Below are positions 1 to 12,400 of a stretch of 64,000 bases of DNA, piece after piece (the first letter of the stretch is position 1; each line of letters begins with the position of its first letter). The position numbers were made by a program, and so were the translations under genes. The notes below the pieces were generated by a model. It was not told where the DNA came from and searched no databases. It worked only from the letters and a program-made list of their open reading frames with translations. The DNA comes from Chrysomallon squamiferum (taxonomy: Eukaryota > Animalia > Mollusca): positions 15,252,001 through 15,316,000 of the forward strand of contig CM022679.1 of NCBI GenBank assembly GCA_012295275.1, written 5' to 3'.

Positions 1-244
1 GTTTAATGTACATCTCAGTTTTTTATTATCTGCTTCAACTATTGATTTCTAATTTAACTGATTTTATTTAATCTTGAAAATTTTACACCACAGAAAGTAA
101 TTATTTTTTTTTAAAATATAAAAAACAGTGGAGATGTTATTTCCATTCACAAAATAAAAAAGCAGAAAATGATGACAATAAAAGGTGATGATAACAAGAA
201 ACATTTAGGATTGGATATAAAAGATCTCTTTATTAAATGATAAA

Positions 245-276
<32 letters not shown>

Positions 277-379
277 AGTAACTTTCATTTGCATATCCAC
301 ATATTACATATTAAATATACAACTAAGTGCGGTTTTTATTAATATCAACAAGTTAACAACATTTTACATTAAAACACGT

Positions 380-731
380 ATCATGCAGCTCTGCTGGGTT
401 GCCAGAGGGCAGACCAGTGAGATACTTGAGAAAGAGTTCTATTTTGGTAGATTTCTGCAACTTCTAGAAATTGATTTTTCAGAAATCTCTTCAAAGAGTA
501 TTACCACATGCAGACTGCTGTCTTTGCTAGTCACACTGTTCAGATAAAAAAAGAAACAACCAGATTTTTTTCTCTCTCTCTCTGTAATTGCAAGAAAATG
601 ATGGAGCTAACAACATCTGTGGATTAGCTTCCAGTTGCTAATGGAAAAGGTTTCACAGCTCAACAGGTTGGATGAACAATCTCAGTCCAAATGTATAGAA
701 CATTCAACAACATCTTCTATAATTTCAACAT
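380..731 (-). other. Possible (probably 5' non-coding) exon of an unidentified minus-strand gene continuing off the left edge
   Basis: GC-richer block starting at a minus-strand acceptor (..acttcAG, AG at 733-732). Only short ORFs; no recognisable protein. Left boundary is uncertain. Confidence 0.25.
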
Positions 732-2979
732 CTGAAGTAAATAAAACCTTTCAACTTGCTCTAAATAGTAAATAATAATTTAAATCATAAATAAAAATCA
801 TAAAAAACAAATAATTATATTTAGAAATATTATTAATGAATTTATTTACAAATAATTACAAATTACAAAGTTAATTACGAAACATCCAAATCTTAAATAA
901 ACAAATATGACGATGTGCTGATTTCCTGGCTACTATTGCTTAAACAAATTTAAAAAAAAAAAAATAAAAAAAAAAATAAATAAATAAAAAATATTGGTTG
1001 ATGTATCCAGTTAAAATTAATAAACATAAAAAAAAATATATCTGAAAAGAAAAGAAAAAAATGACAGAATACATAATTGTCATGAATTAGTACATATTCT
1101 ATTTTTACAAGACAAAATTTATAATATTCATTTCTTTTAATTGTAAAAAGAAAATTGATTAAAAAAAAAACATAGCTCATAAGGTTTTTATATATAATTT
1201 GTGGATTATATAGATTAACGTATCTAAGAAAGATAAGATCATTAGAGTTTCTATTTTAAATGTTAAATGAAATTTAATATGGAATTTATTTTATTTTGTT
1301 TGGGTTTTATGATTTTTGATTTTTTCTTTTTAAAACAATATTTAATATTCCAATATTTTCAAAATTTTTAAAAGGAATAACACCAAGGACGTTTTCATTT
1401 AACAAATTATGTACACAACTGTTATATACTGCCAGCACTTCATGAAATTATGGAAACAATTTTTTATTTGATAATTTTGTTATATTTTATTTGTAAATTA
1501 TTGATTTATATATTATCAGTTAATTAATTAATTAATTAATATAATACCGTGAGTGGCATTAATCACAAAGCTTTTTTTTTTTCTTTCTGTAACTTCATGT
1601 AATTAGTATTTCAATAAAATTTTATACATTTCTTTGATGGTTGATTGAATGTTTATATATTATTTTAAAACACCAATACATTTTATTATCAATGGTCATT
1701 CTGTGTAAGACATTATTTTGTTGTCTTGTTTTGAAAAAAAAATAATGACATAAGACTTTAGAGGGGAAACCTGCAGTTGTCACCACATGATTAACAGCCA
1801 GATATTTTTTTTGTATGCATTTTTGAAAGGAAAACCTATGTTTGATAAACCAGATGCAATACTGGAATGATTTTGCTGGCAATTAAAAACTAAACTTGTG
1901 GCAACTGTTTGTTTTTTAATTAAAAGTGCTTTCAAATTTAAGATACGCTCAAAAGTAACAGTTAACACCAGATGTGGGTTTTTTTGTCATCCAAAACATA
2001 TTGACAGAGTATTGACAAAATATTGCTGGCATGACTTTGCAACAATTATTGTGCAGTTATAGAAATAACTTTATGAATAATTGATAATTAAATTATCAGC
2101 TATATTGGCTTTAAAATGAACAATGAGTTATGGATGTAATACATACATTATATATATATATGAAGTAAAAATACCAAAATAGTAATATCAAAAGGACAAT
2201 GTACAAATATACACATAAACATACATACATACATACATACATACATACAAACATATTATATACATACAAATATGAATACATACATCCAAAAATACATAGA
2301 AATTTTATTGTCATAGAATTCACAATTTTATTTTGGTATAAATTAACATATATTAATTATTACACATTTTCTGTAAAGATAAAATGTATAAAATCTTTCT
2401 GTATCTGTGCATTCATACATACATACATATATATAAATATATAAACACTTACGGACACATGCACGAACACACACACACACACACAAATACATACGTTTTA
2501 GAAGTTCATTAAATGTATAAAATAAATAAAAAGATAAAAATAAAAAATATCAAAAAATTAATTATAATATGGCGCATTATATAATCATTGTTATTGTGTA
2601 TACTGAATTATTAATTTGAAGGATATTCATTAAAAAGCTGTACATATAATATAGATTTCTTGTATAAATAAATTTGTTAACGGTATCTGCTATGGTGTGT
2701 TTCGTAGCGAAATAATAATATTATTTTTATTTTCCTTTAATTGGTGAAAGATGATGTTTCTACAACCAAAAATAAAATTTATTATTATATTTTTGTTGTT
2801 GTTGTTGTTGTTTTACTTCTTTTTTCTCTTTTTTTTTTTTCTATTAAAATTTAATCGGAATTAAATTGTGCAGATTTTCTTATATAAAAAAGTTCGTTTC
2901 GTTATTGTTAGTGTTACTATTTTTAACTTGTTACAAAGTTATAATAAATTAATTTATTGTAAACAATAAACAAAAACAT

Positions 2980-3230
2980 GTTGTAGTCACGTGTGCATCA
3001 TCTGGCCTGGTTAAAGTTACCTAAAATGACAACAGTGCAAATAAATATACCTGCAGTTCTTCAGTCCAGCGCACACATGTAATAGCTGCATGCACCCAGA
3101 CACGCTTAACTTGCTTTCAAATATATGTCACATTTCCTACTGCGGTTTTGCGGTTTTCAGTCGATTTTGCCCAGCAGACGCTTTTCGAGGACTTTGCGTC
3201 CTTACGTCATGTCACGTGATAAAATAAACT
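2980..3230 (-). promoter_or_regulatory. Probable promoter and first exon of an unidentified minus-strand gene
   Basis: CpG-retaining block. E-box/CLEAR-like GTCACGTGA (3211-3219) abuts CRE-like TTACGTCAT (3202-3210); second GTCACGTG at 2986-2993; minus-strand donor CAG|GTATAT at 3051/3050. Confidence 0.45.
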
Positions 3231-5319
3231 AGTTTCTAAACGAATACTTCCATTACGGTAATCTGATGTTTGGATGACTAAGGTTATGGAGTTGAGAATT
3301 GCAAGTTTCACACTTTCTCTGTTTGGCAATAAATCAAGTTGTTGATAAGTAAGACGTAAATAATGGATCAAAGCAGCATCTGATTTTCCATAAACTGACA
3401 TAATAATCAGAGTAAATGTCTATTAATCCATGTTTCAATTCGTTAAATCTAAATTCCGATCATAGACATTATAGCGACGGCATGTATCATTTTGAAATAC
3501 TTTATCACATCTGAATAAAATACTAAATTGGAATTATTTATTAATTACTGAAAATACTGCAAATGAACGTGATGATTATATTTTCTTATACCCTAACCAA
3601 AACCACCAACTAAAAGTGTATAAGAATGTAACATTAATTTTCATTATTATTATTATTTTTTTTTAACGTTCGTTGCTAACATTATGCACTTTATGCTATT
3701 ATTCATTTATAAATATTTCATTATCATTGTTATTAGATAATAATTATAATTCTTGAGTGGAATATCAAAATCATCTTCTTAGTCATAAGTACATAGTAAC
3801 TGAAGATATGCAACATCTAATATGATCGCGTCCACACATGAAACATCAGTCGTAACTACTGGCAGCCTGAGACTGAAATGATGTATACAACCTAGCATTA
3901 GAACCCTTAATAAATATACGTGTGTGTGTGCGTGTGCGTGTGTGAGTGTGTGTTTACAAGTATGTAGCTATATATCTATCTAATATTCCCAGCAAAGAAA
4001 ATGTACGATTCTGTGCTTGTCTACGACTACGTAAACAAATAATTTAATAATACCTGCACTACTCATTAATGAATTTATTGGTTGACTAGTTGGCTAACTG
4101 ACTTATCGACTGAATGATTTACACTGTTTACAGTTCATGTTAACAGTGATTATACTTATGACGAGTTAACAATAGATGTATATTTTTATCTTTTTATTTT
4201 TTTGAGTGTTGATTTTGAAATTTAAAATTATCCGTCATATGTAATGTTCCTGGTATACTTCACTGATACTGAATCATTTAGCCATTCTTATACCTAGTTT
4301 ACATCACAATACGTATAATCATTAATATTTCGTAAAGCAGGAATAATCATATGTCTGTATTCTGTGTCTTTACAGCATCGGATTACTCATGCAATGTCAC
4401 CGTTTATATACGGTTTATATATAAGCTATTATATACGTATATTCATAGAAACGAAATTACCCAGTAGCAGATATGCTATTCATTCATTAATTCATTCATA
4501 AATATAATAATTGGAGACTGTAATAATGTCCCATAGACTAATGGATTAATTACTACATATCGAAGGTACATCAGTTGAAACAACATAATTACCTCAAGTA
4601 TTCAATTAATTGGAACGCGTAACTTATGGAACAATAGTCTGAGCTTCATCAGTTATTATATATACTACAGGTAACTGGGCTTTTCAGGATTCATGTTATT
4701 ATATATAATAGAGATAATTGATCTGTATGTACATGTATACATGAACATACTATATAATTTTATTTAACGTAAGGTAAAACTTTTGAATAAAAATAAGAAA
4801 AGAAATAAAGAAAACCAACATAGTTTTAAAGAAACATTGTATTTTTGTATAAACTGTTTATTTATTTAATGATTAAACGAACATTTATAATAAATGAATC
4901 TACACCAAAAAGACCGATATATACCAATGACGAATACTAAATAAACTAGCAGTTTTAGTGTAATGAACTCTGGATACGTAAGGTGTTAATATAAACTGAC
5001 AACGAAAATCATCACCCAGTTAACTAATAAGATTAATAACGGATGCACAACAGCAAAAATGCTTCTGAAAGAAATGCAGAGTACGTTTTTACTTAACAAT
5101 TAAAATATTTTCTTTATTAATTTATTATATAAAGATAAAATAAATTGTAAGTTTATTATTACGAATATAAAAATCAGTCCGTTTATATGTGACCGTTTTC
5201 TTTTTGATTATCAGTTTCAATTAATTTGTATTCCTTTGACGTAATTATCCTTTCCATGCTGAAAAATGCAATGACATTAAAATTGTTGATTGTATTTACG
5301 AATATCCTTGCTAGAATAT

Positions 5320-6060
5320 AAGATCACATGACTTCAAAGGCATGCGCAGTAGATCGGCTTTTAACAAGAAGTGGGAGCTAAGTATGAGGTTGCCGAACTT
5401 GGCCTCTGTGAAGGCCTACTGGCTCAACTTAAATAAGTAAATCATTTTTTGTGGAAATCTGCAATAACGATGTCTCGGCACCGGTGCTATGTAGATACTA
5501 CAATATTTTGAAACTGTTCAAGTGTATATTCCTAAAGCATTTTCTGTGATATAAGTGCAATCTTTCCAGGGTAGGGAAACGGCCATTGAATTCCTCTAAA
5601 AGGTGAGTTTTCCTTCTAGAATTCGACCTCTGTTTCGTTAACTGACGGACAAAAACATTTTTTTCTTTCTTTAACATTGAAGTCATATATTTACTTAGTA
5701 CAGTAGCAGAAGTAAAACATAAAATTAACAAAATAACCACCATTTGAGTTTATTAGTTAACGATCAGTCCCCTCGATATGTCTAGATATTTTTTCATTTT
5801 TTTTTTTTCAACTTGCATTCGACTCTTTGCAAGCTAAAAGAAAATTTATATATTTTTATTATTTTGCAGAATAGATTCTAATAGTATTTGATATTTTGGA
5901 TTATTCTTAGTTGAATAATATGGTTAGTTTTGTTGCATAGAAAATATTTGGTCGAATAAAACGATTTAGGTCACGATCCACTGTTTTGACGAGACGGGTA
6001 GCCATTTTGTTATGGACGCCATTTATGGTCTCGAGCTCATTTAATATTCAAAATGGCGTA
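5320..6060 (+). promoter_or_regulatory. TNRC6/GW182 promoter region with candidate first exon(s)
   Basis: CpG-retaining. M-box TCACATGAC 5324-5332, NRF1-type GCATGCGCA 5340-5348, strong donor AAG|GTGAGT after 5602, three YY1-type motifs (GCCATTTT 6001, CGCCATTT 6017, CAAAATGGCG 6049). Confidence 0.55.
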
Positions 6061-6653
6061 ATTCTAGCCTTAGCGTCCGTCAACATCAGCAGGGCGTAGC
6101 CAAAATAATGTGATTGTAAAATTAGCCTTTGTTTTTAATTTGAATCAGAAATTGTAGGCATGTTTTTAATATTTTAACCCGTATAGTTAATATTTGTACA
6201 AATTTGAACATTCTGTAATGAAAAGTAAAAAAGAACTCGATCAAGATTTTGGCTTTCAGAAATTGTGCAAATCCATCTAAAGAAAATTGATGTAAAATTG
6301 AAGTAATAAAATAGTAATATTTTATTATATTATTATTATTGAATATGTAATAAAATAAAATAAAATAAATAATAATTTTAAAAAAAGAAGCAATGCTGTA
6401 AATTAATAAGATTTTTTTTTTTTTTTTTTTTTGTACCTTACTTGAAGAGATGAATCAAACTGTCTGCATCCTTTTAAATATAATAATGTAAAATTAGTTT
6501 TGTTTCTGTAGATCCTAGCAGTATTTATTTTATAGTTCTTTTAAACAAGTCCCAAATTTAAATATATTTGAAATTGATTTAAAAGTTGATGTTAAATATA
6601 TGAATATACGAAGTTAATTTAATTATTTAAACAAACAAAATATTGTTTTCCAG

Positions 6654-9438
6654 CTGATATCCAAAGATCTTTCATCTTGCCTTGCAGTATAATCAACAAA
6701 TCCTATTAAAGGTAAGCTGCAACTATAAATAGGCTCAATTAATATAACTATATTAACTATGTAATTTGTTAATCATCATGTTAGTATTTGCATGTATAAA
6801 TACACGTTCATAATGAAGATACTTGACCATTAATAGGTAGGTTTTTCACATGCAGTATCTAATGATAAAGGTACCAAGGTTAACTACAGATTTCAGAAGG
6901 AAATTTTGTTCTTTACTAACATTTCATTAATAATCATATTGGAACATTAATTACAATAATAATAGTAATAATAATAATTAAAAAAATTCACTGTTAACTC
7001 CTATTTACAGGGTTAAATTCCATCGCCAAATCAAGATTTTTTTTGCACTGCCTTTCATATCTAATCTCAGGTAAATTTTGAGTTTGCCTGCTTTTTAATC
7101 ATTAAAGCCAAGTCATTCATAAATCTGTATTTTAAATTTATGCATTTCCAGTGTTAATTCAGTGATGGTTTAAAAGAATTTTCTATTTTTTAAATTTAAA
7201 TTTTTTTTTTTTTTACTTTTTAAGTTGTATGATCACCCATCTATTTGGCTAATTAGTATTGTTTCTGCATGTGTTTGTTATATTTTTATAACTTCAAGAC
7301 ATTGACACACTATTCCATTTTTTCAGTAATAATAATAAAAAAAAATTAAAAGGCTAAATTGCAAGTTTGTATGTGACGGCAGATAATGTGATACTTAATG
7401 CACCATTTTAAAGCAGTAATCAGTGCTTAAGAGATGTAAAGAATTACTTTGCTTTTCTAATTGGCATATATTAAGGATTTCAATAAAGCAATTTGTATTC
7501 TTATTTTCAGATAACCATAATCAGTATAGTCATTTAAGAGGTATGTAACTTAAGACTTTCGACGTTTCATGTTTTAAATAGAAAGATGAGGTAGTGCGAG
7601 CTAATAATAATGAGTGTAAGAAGATCAATTTTAAATAGCATTGCAGTAGTTTCATTTGTCAGTTTATTTTAACTGAGAATAAGTATTATTCAAATAATTT
7701 TCAACATTCAAATGCATGGTGGGCTCATGGATCTATATGTATTACGTTGAAAAAAAAAGTATTAACATTTCTTGTCAATTAAATATTTTTATATTTTTAT
7801 TTTATAGATCTCGTGGGTCCATGCCATATTCTTTCAAAAGTATTTTATTCGTGAGTATGCAAGAACTGAAATAAATTCTTCTGACAGATTCAGTTGTATG
7901 TAAAACTGCCTTTTAAAAATAAATTAAAAAACTGAACCTTTTATTTCAAATTGAAAGATTTTACAGTATTTCAAGCTTAATAAATAAAGAAGAAAATGTT
8001 TTCTTTCAGATTTGTTTCTAGTGACAATGCAAATTAACCTTTGCTTGAAGGTTGTGTTTTAAGGTAAATAACTAACATTATTTCCTTTCTGAAATTAAAC
8101 AGAAGCTTAATTTAGAAGTACCATTTTTTTAAGAGCCTAAAAACTACAAAAACGATTACTTTCTACTTTGTTTTTAAGCTGAGCTCTTTGTTTTTAATTC
8201 TATTACATAGGGGATTTACAATTTATTATATATATATATACTCATTTTTCAGATTGCATTCCAAATAACGGCAAGCATAGTTTAAGCATTCTGATACTAA
8301 GTCAAGTGCCTATCTCTCAGGTAAACATTAAGTACTTGATATTTATCATCTTGTATAGTTACTAGACAATTTAATGAGAATGAATAGTGAAACAACTAAG
8401 TGTCTTGTTTCTTGGTTTTAACAGCTGACTAGATATTTGCTGAAAAAAGAAATTTGTTCTGCACAGGATAATAGAGATGATTTAAAATTGTACCTTTCTC
8501 TCCTCCTTGAACAAAAATTAAATTTATTATGGTTTGTGACCAATTCTGCATTTTAAAAATTTCAGGATATGAGAAAATTATTCCTTCCAAATTCAAGGAA
8601 GTTCAATAAATATTCAAACGCTTGTAAGTATAAAATCAGCTGTTAACATGCTTTTAAGCAGTGAAATTATTTTTCTGTCTTTGTTCTCAGGATATAAACT
8701 AATTCTGAAACCACATTTATAAATATAATTTTAAGTCTTATAACTAAAGAAATGTACATTTCTTAGCTTGGAATCATTTGATTGATCTGTTTTTGTTAAA
8801 ATGTACCCAGTTCTTAAAAATACAGTAGTATTTTCTTTTTTAACTTTTCAGTGTGACGATCATAAATTTTTCTACTAGCCAACCATTTATAGCTTAAAAG
8901 TGATCTTCATTCTTAGGCAACGAATAACTCACCATATTAAGAACCAGTTGGTTCGGGGCAAGAAATGCACCAAAGTAAGTAGCTTTTATCAAGAAAAGCA
9001 TGAATTTGTTGGGGTTTTTTGATTTTTTGCAGTGTTTTATACAGTTGAAAATTTCTAGCTTGCACTTTTTTCTTTTCATTGTTATTTATTTATGTGTTTT
9101 TCTCAGTGAAATGGAAATTGGACTGCCATGCTGTTTTGAAGAAGTTGTAAAGCTTGTCAAACCATTTCACTCTTTAACTGACAATTTAGATGTTTCTTTT
9201 ATAATTGTTTTGTTAACAATAATTACCAAATGAATTTTAAGAATTTGTTGCATGATGTATGTTGTTGCAGATACTAAGATTTACAAAAAATAAATGAAAA
9301 TTTTCTAGTACATTTTTTAGTTGCAGTTACAATCCCATACTTGATAATTATTTGCTAGTTTTTGTCTACTTAACCCAGGGGTATAACAAAGAGAAATATT
9401 TCTATTTGTGCAGGTGCAGTATCACTGTTAATCACAAG
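6654..9438 (+). other. Array of short, mostly non-coding 5' leader exons of TNRC6/GW182 (or a non-coding host transcript)
   Basis: Polypyrimidine-AG...GT-bounded blocks at 6654-6711, 7011-7070, 7511-7540, 7808-7850, 8010-8063, 8253-8320, 8566-8623, 8852-8974 and 9414-9438. No single continuous ORF runs through all of them. Confidence 0.6.
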
Positions 9439-12400
9439 GTAACTTTCTAATCGTAAATGCATACGGCCTGTACCTCTAGTTTAATTAATTTCTTCCCTTT
9501 TACAATTCAAAAAAAGAGTAGAAAAATAACAAACCACAGCATTTATTTAAAGTAAAAAGAATTTGAGGGTGGTGTTGTGTGGAAACAGAAATTGGAAAGA
9601 TAAGAATATTAAATCTGTTAAGTTTTAGATATTTTGTATTGTTTCATTTTACATTTTTATTTATTGTGAAATATTTCCATTTGTCCCATTAGTGTGATAG
9701 GTGTATGCTGTTTGAACTTGGAGAATTGCTTAGCACAAATTAGGTTGGGGAAAAATTATGAGATGACTTCATGAATAATTGTTTTCTGTTACCACTGTCA
9801 AGTTTGTTAAATTGGAACTAAACAGACACAATCTGGGTAGATAATGTAAAAAAGTCATCACTAAAGATACATTTTTATCAGCCTTCTTTATATATGGAAA
9901 ACAAAAATTAAAATTACTGTAAGTGATATGAAAATGTGTGTTTGACACACACTTATTTTTTGACAGTTGGAAGGAAAGGTGCTAATCAATGGCCTGGTAA
10001 TTCTTCGTGGGGTGGTAACGACGACGGTGGCTGGAGTCAGGGACCATCTGTTACGGGTAGTGGCTGGAACGCACCAGGTGAGACTGAAGTTAAAATAACA
10101 ACTAGAGACGCAGTCCATTTCTTAAGATCTAAACTGCATGAAAGCTTTGATTTTAATATTTCAAAGTTTAAAAAAAACAGGGATGTTAGGAAAAATAATG
10201 GACATAAATGAAAATACAGTATTTTGTATTGAATATTTCATTTTGTTGATAAATACTGTCCTGTACATGAGGTTTGAAAGAAGTGGGGAAAAAATACTTT
10301 GCTCCTGTGTAGGCATTTTGTTCAGCTTGCATTTGCTTTATTTTCGGTCATGTTGTCTCCAGTTTAATTGCATTTTGAAATAATTGTTTAATTTACAATA
10401 TTAATTGTTCATTTTAAAATTGAAATGAGGTTTGTGTTTATAATCAAGATGTTCAAGTGATTAATTAGTTGTGGTTGACTGCTCCAGACTTTAAAATAAA
10501 ATAACAAACTATGCAGTATCTGACGAGTGTATTTTAGGTATACAATATCATATTTTTTTATTTTTATTTTTAATTTTTTTTTTGCATTATTGTGCATTTA
10601 CTGCAAATTGCTTTTGAAATTAAGTATAAATCATTATTCTCCAGCCGCAGAGCCTATAACATTCCCCTCCAGTCGTTGTTGGCTTCATACATTCAGACAG
10701 ATTTAATTATTTTTGTATTTTTTATTACTAATTCAGTTGTTACTGGTTTTGTATATTTAATACTGAAATATTTCTGGTTATGCCCCTGGATTGTAGATGT
10801 CTCATTATTAATTTTAATGTGATTTGGTAGTACATTTGATCTTCATTTGTATTCAGCTGCAAAGGACACAAGTCAGGAGATAGGAACTTGGAATCCATCC
10901 GATTCATCTGTCACTAGTTGGAACCAAAGCTCAGGCAATACTAACGTAATAGTGGATTCTTCGGATAAAGAGGCTTGGCCGTCCATTGGAAACTGTGACA
11001 ATTCCTCTGATGCCGGAGATGAAACAGGCTCAGTCAAGTCAGGATCTGTGATATCTAGCTCAAGTAGTCATGGACAAAATCAAGAGACCAATTCAGGGTC
11101 AGGTGCCATGCCAAGTGCTTCCAGTTCATGGAGCGCAACCTCCGTTTTCGGCGGTGTTGAATCAAATACTTGGGGGATAAACAATCCTTTGGGTACATCC
11201 TCAGCCAATGTGAATTCTGTTGGCTGGGATTCGCTAAATCCACATTCAAGTCTTTCCGTTTCTGTGAACAACAAAGGACATAATATGCAAGTTGGAACCA
11301 GTGTTTCGGCTGGTGGTGATAATTCCTTAAATACTATGAACTCGAATGCCTCTGGCTATATGGGCTGGGGCATGGGTGCCCCTGGGCAGGGCAACCCAAA
11401 ACCACAAAATTCCATGCAGATGCAAAACTCAAATGGCAAAAATATGCATGGTACTGTGGTGCCTAGCAACAGTGGTGCTCAACGTGTTGAATCTTTAGTG
11501 AGTGGCAATCAGACAGGACCTTTGAATAATCAAAGTTCATGGCAGGGTAGCAATGGTTCTTTTGGTGGCCTGTCAGGATATGCAAAAACCTCCGAAGCAG
11601 GATGGAGTAACTCAAGTGCTGTGATGAACAATAGTGGGAACAGTGGCAAAGAAAAAAGTGGCAATAATGGTAGCGGGGATACAGGAACTGCTGCATGGGG
11701 CAATCCAGAACCCGCTGCATCAGGTTTCTCAGCAACATGGGGAGCAAATCAGCCTTCCCAATCACGCTCACAGTGGGATAGTGCTAAGTCACAGGGAGCA
11801 GAAAACCCCAATGGTGCAGCTAATAGTCAGGGATCAGGCAATAAAACAGATAGTCTCTCTTGGGCTGAAGCTGCAGGTAAGGGATTAAATATCAGTCACA
11901 GTTCTGGAAATGAATTAAATGTTGCTGGAGTTGCAGCAGCTGCTCGTCCAACGAAAGAAGAAGAATTTATTAGAAGTGCCATAGAAAGTCATGATGGATG
12001 GGGAGCTCGGCCTGTACGACAGGATACAGGCTGGGAAACACCGGAATCTCCAAAAACAAAACGCAAATTCTCTACAGATAGTGGTGGTGGAAATGGTGCA
12101 AATAACATATGGAACAATAATAATGGTACAGCAATTTGGGAAGCCGTACGTGCTAACAGTGGAGCAAATGTTGGAGGAAATGGTAATAATGGAAATGGAG
12201 GAGCAAGTAACAGTGGTTGGAATGGTGCTTCTGGTAGTAGTCAGTGGGAAGATGATTCAAATACTTGGAATGATCCTTCTGGAAAACTGAATCCTAATTC
12301 AATAGGCACCTGGGGAGGTGGATCTGAGAGTGCACAATCAAATATGTGGGGGAACAAGACTGAGACTGGCTGCTGGGATGAAACTGGACCAAATCGGCAG

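Noticed and set aside
6012-6044. Short ORF MDAIYGLELI* as a GW182 start
   Set aside because: Stops after 10 codons and coincides with YY1-type promoter motifs.
6817-6925. Two-hairpin plus ACA arrangement suggesting an H/ACA snoRNA (a similar one at 8345-8516)
   Set aside because: No clean H box in the first candidate, weak AT-rich stems and no identifiable target; needs a covariance-model search, so not called.
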